A program made the position numbers and the translations under genes. The notes under the pieces are model-generated. The model saw nothing but the letters and a program-made list of their open reading frames with translations. It had not been told where the DNA came from and ran no database searches. Positions 10,335 through 20,554 of a DNA stretch of 64,000 bases are shown piece by piece; positions within the stretch are counted from its first letter, which is position 1, and the number at the start of each line of letters is the position of its first letter. The DNA is from a virus: IMG/VR virus record IMGVR_UViG_3300042317_001497; one strand, written 5' to 3'.

Positions 10335-10396
10335 GGAGTTACGACAAATTTTCGCCGCAAAATTTTCCCTAAGTACTTATGTACCAATAACTTACG
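10315..10396. repeat. 82 bp element, copy 4
   Basis: tgcaaaacctt-agcccat-aaggagttacg / 24 nt / cctaagtactt-atgtacc-aataacttacg. Confidence 0.9.
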
Positions 10397-10559
10397 ATAA
10401 GTTTTGACGCATATCGTATGCCAAAGCAAAATATTCTTTTTTGGCACGATATTCGCTGTGAGAAACCTTACGACATTGTAAGGAAACTACCAAAGATTTC
10501 GCTTGAAACCCAAAGAAAACTCTGTATAATGTCGGTATAAGAAGAAAGAGAGAAAGAAA

Positions 10560-10889
10560 ATGAAAACCAAGTTCCCTATCGTCGAAAACGCCAAGCGTCA
10601 AGCCAGACTGTGCTTCCTCGGGATTGCGATTCCTCACCAACCGTCCCTTGCGGATGGGGTGTATGGCCCGATCCGTAGTGAGAAGGTGCTGAAGTTCAAT
10701 CGCAAAGCCCTAAAGAATCTGGGCAAGATTCGCAAGGAAAAGGCTGATCCCCGCCTTGTTGGGGGTGAGGATCGCATGATTGTAAAGGTTGGCAAGCCGG
10801 GTTCGGCCGAAAGGGTTGCTGCTCTGGAGTCGCAATATGCCGCGATTCTTGCTTGTGGAGAGGAAGTATCCCCCTTTTCGGAGGGGTGA
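10560..10889 (+). CDS. Hypothetical basic protein
   Basis: ORF track; promoter and purine-rich leader upstream. Confidence 0.7.
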   Translation: MKTKFPIVENAKRQARLCFLGIAIPHQPSLADGVYGPIRSEKVLKFNRKALKNLGKIRKEKADPRLVGGEDRMIVKVGKPGSAERVAALESQYAAILACGEEVSPFSEG

Positions 10890-10917
10890 TCTTCTGTACA
10901 CTGTACAAAAAACTCGA

Positions 10918-10999
10918 CGTAAAGCCTTGCAGCATAAGGACTTACGGCGAATTTTTGCGGCCGAGCTTGACGTAAGTACTTATATACCAACGACTTACG
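10918..10999. repeat. 82 bp element, copy 5
   Basis: cgtaaagcctt-gcagcat-aaggacttacg / 24 nt / cgtaagtactt-atatacc-aacgacttacg. Confidence 0.92.
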
Positions 11000-11173
11000 T
11001 TCAATGCTTATATATTAGGCGTTTCTGCCTATATTCTGATCACTAGCAAATCCTGTGCCAAACTTGCTTCTCCAACCTTACAGCATTGTAAGGAAACTTT
11101 TTCTGATCTAGGCTATTGACATTGGACGATAATACTGGTATAATGATAGCACAAGAAAGAAAGAGAGAGAAAG

Positions 11174-11851
11174 ATGAATAGCAATATGATTGCAAAAGAG
11201 TTGAAGAAGTTGGGCTATACGCTGAAGAAGACTTCGGACATCGAAGCCCGTTGGATGGTCAGTTCTGACGTTCTCACCTACCATTGGGATTTCAAGGATT
11301 TGAAGGGTGTTCAGCGGTTCATGACCGATGAGCGAGCGTTGTATCGATATGCCAAAGCGAACGGTGCGACCACCCGATAGTGGGGGTTGACGATCAGAAA
11401 AAACTTCGCTAGAATACCAACACAAGAAAGAGAGAACAGAATGATTCAGATTGGTGATAGGGTTCAGGTTGGTTCAAGGATTGGTGTTGATCTGGCGTGG
11501 GCTGTGGTGGTGAACATCCTGCCAGCAATCGGGGACAGGGTAGCTATGTATTGTGTTCGGTTCGATGCCACTACCTCGAAACTGAATGAGTGCTGGGTGG
11601 ATGAGGGTATTGTGTATGGTCCGTTTCTTGATCAAAACTTTGGATGGAATTGAAAGGCTATACAAATGTTCTCACCGATGGAAAAAATTTGGATGAGCCT
11701 TGGCTTGCAAGGTGCTTTGGAAATGATGGACGCATCATGTTCTCTGGCCGAAAGGCTCACGGAAGAATGCGTGACTAATCCGGCAGTGAAAGATGCTCTA
11801 ATTCGAAGCATTGCTGCTGAAATTATAGGCAGTCGCCAAAGTATCTCCTAA
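11174..11851 (+). CDS. Small hypothetical ORFs (11174-11380, 11441-11653, 11666-11851)
   Basis: ORF track; the last stop codon lies in the left arm of element copy 6. Confidence 0.6.
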
Positions 11852-11928
11852 GTGCTTGCTATATAAAGACTTACGACAAACGGGGCGCGCCGGGCTTGAT
11901 GTAAGTACTTACCCCATAAGACTTTACG
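11847..11928. repeat. 82 bp element, copy 6
   Basis: cctaagtgctt-gctatat-aaagacttacg / 24 nt / tgtaagtactt-accccat-aagactttacg. Confidence 0.9.
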
Positions 11929-12084
11929 ACAACTTAGCAAATGGTGTGCCAAACCTCCACGAAATTACGAAAAGTTTTGTCAAAATCTTTTGACAATAAA
12001 ATTTCTGGATTTCTCTTGAAAGCTCAAGATGAGCATGGTATAATGTCGATATAAGAAGAAAGAAGAAAAGAAAGAGAGAAAAAA

Positions 12085-12246
12085 ATGGAATATCTGGATT
12101 ACGATCTGATGTCCGATTGCTGCGGTTCTGGTGTGGGCTTTCAAACCGGTGAGGGTGAGGACCGAATCGGAATTTGTATGGAGTGTCAAGACTGGTGTGG
12201 TGTGGTGGAAGATATTCCGGAAGATGAGGCCGCTAGTCTCAGCTAA
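12085..12246 (+). CDS. Acidic Cys-rich microprotein (53 aa)
   Basis: Manual: MEYLDYDLMSDCCGSG...GICMECQDWCGVVEDIPEDEAASLS*. Confidence 0.6.
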   Translation: MEYLDYDLMSDCCGSGVGFQTGEGEDRIGICMECQDWCGVVEDIPEDEAASLS

Positions 12247-12653
12247 TCCTGCGGATTTGGGCAAGCTGGGTATAGTCAGCAAGCTAGGGGAACCTTTCAA
12301 TATTGCAAGAAAATTTTCTAGTTGACAACTAAAGATTAGACTGTAGAATGTCGATATAAGAAGAAAGAGGAAAAAAGAAATGAAAACTTCACATCAAAAA
12401 GCTGTTGAAAGAATGGATCGGGAAACTAACCGTGCTATTAAACAGGTTAAGTTGTTGGAAAAACTCTATCTGGAAATGATGCAGAAGAAAGAGAAGGTTG
12501 GTAAATGACCACTATTATTATCATAAACGCTTGGATTTTTACCATCCTTGCTATGTATGCTTTTGCTAACGTGGCTTTCTGGTTGTTTGCTCAGGCTTTT
12601 GGTGTTGTTGATAATTATCTGCAAAATCAGTATTGGAAGAATAAGGAATAAAA

Positions 12654-12884
12654 ATGATTACTGTTGAACAAATTAGAGAATTGACCGATACTTACCTTGA
12701 GGGTTGTGAGGTTACTATTACCCGTTCGGGTTGTGGTTGGTCTACCCCTTGTGGTTGGCAAGTTTCTATTATTAGTGATATTCCCGGCGATCAGCATACA
12801 ATTTATTTGCGTGATGATAATACTGTGGATTCTGCTTGGTCTAAGATTACTACTCTTGCGGATAATGCTTTGAACCCCGCATAA
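12654..12884 (+). CDS. Hypothetical protein
   Basis: ORF track; AAGGA RBS. Confidence 0.6.
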   Translation: MITVEQIRELTDTYLEGCEVTITRSGCGWSTPCGWQVSIISDIPGDQHTIYLRDDNTVDSAWSKITTLADNALNPA

Positions 12885-13090
12885 TTAAAGAAAGGCGACA
12901 CGGATGGTCGATATTAACTGGGTGCAAATAGGTGTGGGATTTATTGCTGGCGTGTTGTGTTCTTGGTTTGTTTCTGATTTGGTTTTTTATGTAAGGAATA
13001 GTGAGGATAGCCATGATTAATTCGGATTCTATTATTCTGACCATTTCTTTTGTGGCTGGTTGCTTGGTTGCTTGGATTGTAAATTCTTAA

Positions 13091-13172
13091 CGCAAACCCT
13101 TGCCCTATAAAGACTTAGGGCAAACCGGGGCGGCCCCGCGAATCGTAACTCCTTTGATAGCATAGACTTACG
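13091..13172. repeat. 82 bp element, copy 7
   Basis: cgcaaaccctt-gccctat-aaagacttagg / 24 nt / cgtaactcctt-tgatagc-atagacttacg. Confidence 0.9.
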
Positions 13173-13320
13173 ACAAGCATTGACGCAAAAGCTGTGCCAC
13201 AAAAATATTTCCCGTTTGGCACAGAATTATATTTGAAAAATTCCAAAGATTTCGCTTGCATTGGCCGATAAACACTGTAGAATGACAGCATCACAAGGGA
13301 AACCACTAAGGGAAATACCA

Positions 13321-14043
13321 ATGCTTCACGATTTTGATGAAATCAATCTGATTCTGGCCGGTATGGTGGACGAGGGAATTGTTGAGCCGATTGACGATCC
13401 TAGCGTGGAAGTTGATTTTTGGGATTGGGCCGACATTGTTGGGGTTGTGGACGAGTGTGTACCGGAAGAGTATTCGGACAACCTTTCAATCTAGAAAGAT
13501 TCAAGAAAAGGTATTTGACAAGCCGATAATAGTAGTGTAGGATAGAGTGAAAGAAAGAGAAGGTGAATGATGAGTCGATATGATAACTGGAATGATGATG
13601 ACGATTCGGATGACGGCTATGATGCTGCTCGTGACGCTTACCTGACCGGCGAAGGTCCGGCTGTTACTCGTAGCCAAAGGCAAGAGGAAGAGGATTTGCG
13701 AGAAGAGTATCGCCGGAATCGGTGGTAGTCTCTTGACAAGCTAAGTTTTTTTGATAGACTGTGACCATAAGAAAGGAAAAGAAACATGAGCCATCCTGAT
13801 CCCCTTTACGATTTTGATAATTCTTATGATGATGATGCTGTTTTCTATGGAGAAGATAGTTCAAGCTATCATCCCGATGCGGAACATGAGGTTGAAAGTA
13901 ATTTTGATGATGAAGAAGATTTGGAGGACGAGGAGTATGATTCTTACAATGATAGCATGGATGGGGATTTTGATTCAGCCATGCGTGATGCGGGATTCGG
14001 AACGGATGAAGATTACGGTTACTACGGTGGAGAAGACTACTAA
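13321..14043 (+). CDS. Three acidic microproteins (13321-13494, 13567-13728, 13786-14043)
   Basis: D/E-rich translations, each with its own promoter-like TTGACA/TTGCAT element upstream. Confidence 0.65.
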
Positions 14044-14891
14044 TGAAATGCCGATTCTTTGATATTGTTGTGGAAAATGAAAATGGTGAACAGCCGATTT
14101 CGAGCGAGTATGTTCTAGACTTGCCGGAACATAACATGACAGATGCTGTTGACCGACAAGAGTTTCTTGGTATCATGTTTGATACTGTTGTGGCCGCTAG
14201 TGGCTTGAATGTTTGTTCTTTTAGTTCAGAGGAGATTGGAATATGAAATGTGTTGTAACTCATACCGATACTTTCGGTGGTGAAGCTAATTATGGTTGGG
14301 TGAAGCGTTGGGAGTTTGTTCCCAAGAATGACTCTCAGCGTAGCGTAACATATCATGCTAAGAAACTGGCTGGCATGACGGGCGTTAAGAGTGATACTTA
14401 TGATTTTGGCGATGGCTTTACAATTAAGCCTAGGGGTTATGCTCAAGTTATATTTGTAGACTTTGAATAATAACAGAAAGGATATTGATATGTATTATCG
14501 TAAGATTGCTACTGGTATGATTGAGTCTACATATGAAAATTATAAGGATTGGAAAAAGAATCACGAACTTTTCCATGAACTTAATAAATATAATACTTTT
14601 ATTCCGGTATGGAGAGATCTGAGCGATAATACTAAGTGTGCTGCGATTGAATATGTATATAATAATCGTGATACTCTAGAGTTACATTCTGGGATTGTTG
14701 AATCTTGGGTTCAGGCAACAGCATACTTTATGTTATTTGATTTTACTGCTATGTTGTTGCATAATGACGAAGAGCCAGAATTGGAAATCTTTTTTGATGA
14801 TCTAGATTTTATGATGGATGAGGAAACTCTAGAAGATAGTGATGTGCAGGAGATTTTGGGTATTAGCCCAGATTTTACGGGCAAATTCTGA
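14043..14891 (+). CDS. Coupled hypothetical ORFs (14043-14246, 14243-14470, 14463-14891)
   Basis: Overlapping stop/start codons; 14243-14470 carries HTDTFGGEANYGWV. Confidence 0.65.
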
Positions 14892-14899
14892 GAATCCGC

Positions 14900-14981
14900 T
14901 CTAAACCCTTGGTACATAAGTACTTAGGGCGAGCGGGGCCGCAAAAATTTGACGTAACTCTTTATGTATCAACACTTTACA
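14900..14981. repeat. 82 bp element, copy 8
   Basis: tctaaaccctt-ggtacat-aagtacttagg / 24 nt / cgtaactcttt-atgtatc-aacactttaca. Confidence 0.9.
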
Positions 14982-15064
14982 TCTAAAAAAAATTTTCTCA
15001 AGATTCCCTCTTGCATTGGTCGATAATAGATGGTAGAATGACAATACGAAAGAAGGGGTGAAAC

Positions 15065-15328
15065 ATGAGTCCTGACGGAACCTATAACGGCTATGCGAAC
15101 TACCAAACGTGGAACGTATGCCTTTGGATTAGCAATGATGAAGGTCTGAACGAATTTGCGACCGTGTGTCAAAATTATAAAGATTTCATGGCTAGGCTTA
15201 GAGAAATGGATATAGACTCGCCTATTGCTTATGAAACGCCCGATGGTGTGTCGTGGAATGATAGTGCGGTCAACCTTGCGGAAATGCAAGAGTATTGGAA
15301 AGAAAATTTTGTTCAAGTTGGGGCTTGA
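15065..15328 (+). CDS. Conserved-type phage protein (YNGYANYQTWNVCLWISND motif)
   Basis: Motif typical of a phage/plasmid hypothetical family; promoter upstream. Confidence 0.7.
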   Translation: MSPDGTYNGYANYQTWNVCLWISNDEGLNEFATVCQNYKDFMARLREMDIDSPIAYETPDGVSWNDSAVNLAEMQEYWKENFVQVGA

Positions 15329-15393
15329 CAAATGTCGATAATAGTTGTAGAATGCTGAGAGTTGAACGGTTGTTTTCTAACGAAAGGGTTGAT

Positions 15394-15795
15394 ATGGATA
15401 ATTTGTTTGTGATCGGCGGTCTTCTTACTGCTGCTGTTGTTGCTGGTTTTCTGTTCTATGCTGTCTATGGCGGTTCTAGAACTAGCCTTGCTAGTGCTGT
15501 TGAGGGTCAGGTTTTCAACTTTACCTACGAGCAGCCACTGCATGGAACTCATGAGCGATTCCTTGCTAAAGTGATCGGTAAGCAGACGCTTACTGCTGAT
15601 CAAATTCGCAAGCTGAATAGCAAGAGTCGGTATCGTGCTAATGATCCCAATTTCATTCGCACGAACCATCTGGTAACTTGTCGCACGTTCGACGGCAAGG
15701 TGCGTAACTTCTATGCAGAGCGTGTGACTAATTGTCGCAAGCCTCTGCTGGCTGGTACGCTGTTTACCAGCAAGGTTGCTAGCCTGCTGTTCTAG
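15394..15795 (+). CDS. Membrane-anchored hypothetical protein, possible WYL/Sm-like C-terminal fold
   Basis: N-terminal TM helix; GKVRNFYAERV loosely resembles the WYL R-x-F-x-x-x-R motif (inference). Confidence 0.5.
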   Translation: MDNLFVIGGLLTAAVVAGFLFYAVYGGSRTSLASAVEGQVFNFTYEQPLHGTHERFLAKVIGKQTLTADQIRKLNSKSRYRANDPNFIRTNHLVTCRTFDGKVRNFYAERVTNCRKPLLAGTLFTSKVASLLF

Positions 15796-15825
15796 TAGCA
15801 GCTTCTGCCCAAAGAATGCCCAACT

Positions 15826-15907
15826 CCTAACCCTTTGACACCAAAGGACTTAGGACGCGGGCGGGCGGCCCGTTTCGTCGTAAGTCTTTATATATCAACA
15901 CTTTACG
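15826..15907. repeat. 82 bp element, copy 9
   Basis: cctaacccttt-gacacca-aaggacttagg / 24 nt / cgtaagtcttt-atatatc-aacactttacg. Confidence 0.9.
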
Positions 15908-15988
15908 ACAATCTTTTTCGCTCAAGCTTTTCCTCTTGACAGGCCGATAATAGTAGTGTAGAATACAGGGAATCAAAAGGAGAAAAAG

Positions 15989-16889
15989 ATGCTGTTTACG
16001 CCATATGCTTTGACGGATAAGGTAACTCGCAAGGTTAGTGATGAGGGTATGATTGAGTTTAGTGGGCTGTCGGTTGGGGGTCGTCATTTTTCCATAGTCA
16101 CTCGACTTGACGATGCTAACCGCTGGGTCAACGGAGAGTTGATTCAAAATGCTTTCCCGTATCTTGGTGCGGATGATCGTGAGATTCTCAAAACGGGAAT
16201 TGATGCTCAGGGTTGGGAAGAAATGTTCCCAGAATCGGAGGAGGAGGAAGTATGAATACCGATACTTATATGGTTATGAGAGGATATAAACTTTTGGGTT
16301 ATGTTGAGGCCCAGAGTACCTATCATGCTATTAGATTAGCGGAAAAGTACTATGGGGATAATATCATCGTGGAAAGAATCACGCATAACTGTCCCGCCTA
16401 ACCCTGCCGGGTTGGTTGAGTGGGTATAGTCAGCCAGTAGTCGGGGCTTGACAAAAGGTTTTTAATAGAGTATATTGAGCAGAAAGGGAGAGAATTATGT
16501 TGACAACTGAAGAACGAGATGCTGTTTCTGATTGTGTGAGAAATTTTGCCATTTGTCTGATAAATGCTACCACTGTTGATGAGCAAGCTGTGCATACTGA
16601 AATGGATACTTTCTTTGAGTTCTTTTGTAAGGCTCTTGAGATTGCCAGAACTGATGGTATCGTTAGAGTTCGTGAGTCTATTGGGGCTAGTAATAACTAA
16701 GGGGATACCATGAGAGTTTGTCCATGTGGGTCTGGCAAGAAAAGTTGGTGGGAAAGTGATGCTAGGGGAATTCCACTGGGTAGGGTTTGTTTGGAGTGTT
16801 TAGATAAAAAGTTGAGTAAGTATCGACCGGAAGTGTTGACCAACTCCAACTACTACGCCGACGAGCCTATTGAGGCCGAGGACTATTAG
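15989..16889 (+). CDS. Small hypothetical ORFs (15989-16255, 16252-16401, 16497-16700, 16710-16889)
   Basis: ORF track and manual translation; 16710-16889 starts MRVCPCGSGKK (SEC-C-like motif). Confidence 0.62.
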
Positions 16890-16890
16890 T

Positions 16891-16972
16891 CGTAAGTCCT
16901 TATCCTTAAAGCACTTAGGGATAGGGCGAGCGGCCGAAATCGACGTAAGTCCTTACCTCTAAACGATTTGCG
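16891..16972. repeat. 82 bp element, copy 10
   Basis: cgtaagtcctt-atcctta-aagcacttagg / 24 nt / cgtaagtcctt-acctcta-aacgatttgcg. Confidence 0.92.
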
Positions 16973-17034
16973 TCTAAAAAGATTTTTTCAAGAAATACTC
17001 TTGACAAGACGATAATAGATGGTAGAATGATTGA

Positions 17035-17642
17035 AGAACAAGTGAAAACTTGTTGGTTGTGTCGGGCCGAGCAGCCGGTAAAAACGGTAGTTGATGTCCT
17101 AGGAAACGTCTTCTACAATCGGTCCTAACAATACAAATCAGTCAGAAGTATAATCGTAAAGTAAGAGAGGCCCGTGTTGACACGGATAACCTAGCGTAGT
17201 ATACTCTGACTGACAAACATCCGTGGGTCCATGCTCAAGGGACTAGATAGGGATAAGCCATTACGATAAACCTACCGGCACATTGAAATAGAAATACCGG
17301 TGGGGTTGACAGCGGGCTTATACGCTGTATAGTAGTGCCTATCTATGTGGGATTGCGTCCAGACCACGGCCAATACAATCCGGTATTATCCTTCATCGGG
17401 TAATAGAGTGAATTAACACCGCAACATTACGCTTGCGTTCTATCTTTCATCGGGTAGAATCACTGAAATAACAGCCGGATACCGAACAACCAGTAACCGT
17501 CGCCAAGAGCCAGACCAGAGTGGGTCTTATGTGCTAGCAATGCCCGCTTTGCAGGGAGGATTTCCGTGGACGGTTTACACAATGTCCGTAACAGGGTAGC
17601 ACGGTGAGCAAGAATCGGGGCGTAAAAGATTCGCTGGTTTTT
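17035..17642 (+). ncRNA. Large (~600 nt) structured noncoding RNA candidate
   Basis: No credible ORF; strong promoter TTGACA(17001)...TAGAAT(17023); many local and long-range helices; ends in a hairpin plus T tract. Confidence 0.72.
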
Positions 17643-17693
17643 AATACTTGACAGATAGAGAATAGATAGTAGAATGGTGGAAAAGGAGAAAAA

Positions 17694-18847
17694 ATGAGTC
17701 TTTTAGATGTGTTGCTGAGTGAAAACACTGAACGCCTGCCTACTTTCAACGAGTTGAAAAAGATTTTACTAGCAGTTTGTCCTAATGGGCAAATTGAATG
17801 GGATAATAATAATCAGATTATTTTTTATACTAACTTGACCGATAACGAAGACGGAACACTCAGGGAGTTTGAATGATGACTGTATCCGAACTGATTGAGC
17901 AGTTGAAGAATTACCCGTCCGATATGAGAATTCTTACCCTTGGATATGAGGGTGGGTATAATGATGTGGACCTCAAGACTGAGGATATTGTTTTTAATTT
18001 TTCCAAGAATGATACTTGGTATTATGGGCCTCATGAATGTGTGAAGTTTACCGATGGGGATACTGGTACAAAGTGCTTGGTTGTTGTGAGGACTAAATAA
18101 TGAACTGGCATTATGGACAACCTATTGTAAATGGATCATATATTTGTTGTATAACAGGTTATTCTTCTCCTATTGATCTTATTTGGAATAAAGAAGAGGG
18201 TGGCTGGGGCGATTGGTGGCACGGTGAATATGACGATGGTTTAGCCGAATGGAATCAGTTTGACAATGATCTAGTGGTATGCTATATTGGTTTTGATGAG
18301 ATTCCTATGCCGGAGAATTGGTGATGGAATGGTTTAACTCTCATAAGAATCCGCCTGCTGTTGGGCAGAAGGTCTATTACTTTGGTCCCAATATTGGATT
18401 GTTTATTGGTCATTATTCATATGAAGAACGATCATTTGAAACATACTCCTATAATGAATATAATCAAAAGGTGGTGGATAAGGTATTAAGTATTTGTCCA
18501 CACGTTTTTACTAATATGAGTTTTGGGGTATGTGATGCTTGTGACGCTCCGTTCTGGCTTCCATATGATGAGGAACGAGCAAAGAGTTGGTGTCCCATTA
18601 TCCCAGAAGAATATACTCAGGGGTTGTATGACTAATGGCTAAAAACTTTAAAGATTTGCATACCATAGATGCTAAAGATATGACTCGTGATCAGGCTATG
18701 ATTTATGTTATTAACTTTTTTAACTCTCGTATGGCAACAATGAGCAATGCTCACAGAAATAAGGTTAAAGAGTTAATTGGTATTCATGAGATTGCTACTA
18801 GTGAACTAGTTAATAAATATCTGGAGTTAGTTCTTGAAAACTCTTAG
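17694..18847 (+). CDS. Coupled small hypothetical ORFs (17694-17876, 17873-18100, 18100-18324, 18318-18635, 18635-18847)
   Basis: ORF track; consecutive stop/start overlaps. Confidence 0.65.
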
Positions 18848-18848
18848 A

Positions 18849-18930
18849 TGCAACTTCTGACAGCATAAGGACTTAGGAGAAATCCGGCGGGCGAAATTTG
18901 TTGTAAGTACTTGACCGCAAAAGACTTACG
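18849..18930. repeat. 82 bp element, copy 11
   Basis: tgcaacttctg-acagcat-aaggacttagg / 24 nt / tgtaagtactt-gaccgca-aaagacttacg. Confidence 0.88.
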
Positions 18931-19174
18931 TTCAAAAATATTTTTTAAAGACTTCTCTTGACATTTGCCGATAATAGAAGTATACTTAAATCAAGACGAT
19001 AGATGAGGGCCGCTGGCAGAATGATATCAAAGAAGCCACGGTTAAATGCAAAGCCGAGTATGGCATAACCCAATCTATTTGTCTTGCCTAATCCTACGGA
19101 TTTGGTGGTCTTGGCGATAGTCAGCGAGAATACGGGGTCTTGACAAGATCGTTTCTATAAGGTATAGTATAAGC

Positions 19175-19600
19175 ATGAAACAGAACAAACTACATGGCGA
19201 AGTTCGATTTCACCTGAGTAATGGCCAGCATTATATGCACTGGCAAATAAAGGTTAAGCAGGGTGGGGAAACAGTTGATGTATATTACGTTGACCCCAAA
19301 AAATATCAGTTAGAGATGCGGGGTTGTAAGTTGTGGAATAGGCCGAATAAGGCTAAACAGGTGTTTGAGGCTGGTGTACATGATGTGAGTGGATGGGTGC
19401 GATGTGAAGAAGTTATGCTAAGAAAAGATTTTCATCCAGCTTTGCCAGTTGACAATCTTGAGAAGTTATACTACAATCCGTTGAGAGATCCGCACTGGCG
19501 ACGAGAAAGTGATAGTAACGAATTCATTTGGGATGGTAGCGAGTATGCTACTCTCTTGACTAACGGTAAACAAGTTTATATTTTGGAGGAGAGAGAATGA
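19175..19600 (+). CDS. Hypothetical protein
   Basis: ORF track; promoter upstream. Confidence 0.7.
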   Translation: MKQNKLHGEVRFHLSNGQHYMHWQIKVKQGGETVDVYYVDPKKYQLEMRGCKLWNRPNKAKQVFEAGVHDVSGWVRCEEVMLRKDFHPALPVDNLEKLYYNPLRDPHWRRESDSNEFIWDGSEYATLLTNGKQVYILEERE

Positions 19601-19971
19601 TTAAGGTTGAACTGGGTGTTCGTGAGGCTCTTACCATGATTTCTAATGGTTGCAGTCTGGATATGTTCGAGAAGATTGTTTGCTCACTGGAAGTGGCACT
19701 GGGTGTGAACCAGCGTTGTATGGTGACAATCACCGGAGGTATGAATCTGGATAATCGCATCCCTTGCATCAAGGCGATTCGGATTGCTACTGGCTGGGGT
19801 TTGAAGGAAGGTAAGGAGTGGACCGATGGTATGGTGGGTGGCTGGAAGTATGATAGGTTCGTGCCTGCTACCCCAAACACCAAGCAGAGCATCACCCTAA
19901 AATCGCCCGAACTGGCTGAGAAGTTGCTGCGTGATCTGGTTGGGCTGGGTTGTGAGGGCTTTCTCTCTTGA
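19597..19971 (+). CDS. Protein with ribosomal L7/L12 C-terminal-like domain
   Basis: NRIPCIKAIRIATGWGLKEGKEWTD matches the L12 CTD pattern K-I-x-x-IK-x-x-R-x-x-TG-x-GLKEAK. Confidence 0.7.
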   Translation: MIKVELGVREALTMISNGCSLDMFEKIVCSLEVALGVNQRCMVTITGGMNLDNRIPCIKAIRIATGWGLKEGKEWTDGMVGGWKYDRFVPATPNTKQSITLKSPELAEKLLRDLVGLGCEGFLS

Positions 19972-20053
19972 CCTAAAGCCTTGTCTCTAAAGAACTTAGA
20001 GCAAGGCGGGCCGGCCAAATTTGACGTAACTCCTTATGCTTCAATAACTTAGA
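19972..20053. repeat. 82 bp element, copy 12
   Basis: cctaaagcctt-gtctcta-aagaacttaga / 24 nt / cgtaactcctt-atgcttc-aataacttaga. Confidence 0.9.
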
Positions 20054-20255
20054 ACAAATCATGAGAATACCAAAAAATCATTCATGCAAACACCTTGACG
20101 ATGACGATACTATATGGTAGAATGATAGCATCACACGACAAGACGCTGGTTGAACCCGAAAACACAAAGTTTCGACCTAGCCCTTGACAAGTGATAATGT
20201 TGGATGTATAATTGGTTTACTTGGTTCGATAACACTTTTGGAAAGGTTTTTTACA

Positions 20256-20507
20256 ATGAAGAAGTTTAGCTTTGTGGTTGATGTGGTTGCGGATGAGCTT
20301 GATCGTGACGGCGTTGTGGATTCGATTCGTTCTTGCCTGAGCGATAGCCTCCCTGGCGATGTTCATGCGAATGTCAAGGCTGGCGAGGTCAAGGCTTTTT
20401 CGGAGCAGGGTTATAAGGTCTGGCGTGCTAGGGTCACGGGCGTGACTGCGGAGCAGGCCGGTGATGCCCACTCTGGTAAGGTTGAGAAGGAAACAGTCGA
20501 GGCTTGA
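20256..20507 (+). CDS. Hypothetical protein
   Basis: ATG at 20256 after GGAAAGG; ORF track frame. Confidence 0.65.
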   Translation: MKKFSFVVDVVADELDRDGVVDSIRSCLSDSLPGDVHANVKAGEVKAFSEQGYKVWRARVTGVTAEQAGDAHSGKVEKETVEA

Positions 20508-20554
20508 TCTTGACAAACTGGACTATGCCAGTATAAATAGATTTTAGGCATAGT

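Larger units (their letters stand above)
7843..13231. promoter_or_regulatory. Set of sigma54-like (-24/-12) boxes beside element copies 1-7
   Basis: Minus strand TGGCACAGCACTTGC (9617-9631), TGGCATACGATATGC (10409-10423), TGGCACAGGATTTGC (11046-11060), TGGCACACCATTTGC (11937-11951), TGGCACAGCTTTTGC (13185-13199); plus strand TGGCACGATATTCGC (10442-10456). Confidence 0.62.

Noticed and set aside
13664-14446. 260 aa minus-strand ORF
   Set aside because: Antisense to several better-supported plus-strand genes that have promoters and RBS.
18990-19090. Possible riboswitch or small ORF after the promoter at 18958
   Set aside because: Some pairing (CAAGAC/GTCTTG, ATAGAT/ATCTAT) but no family consensus I can support; the open frame lacks a start codon.
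20532-20539. T4-type late promoter TATAAATA
   Set aside because: Only one match stood out and the genome is AT-rich; not enough to define a late promoter class.
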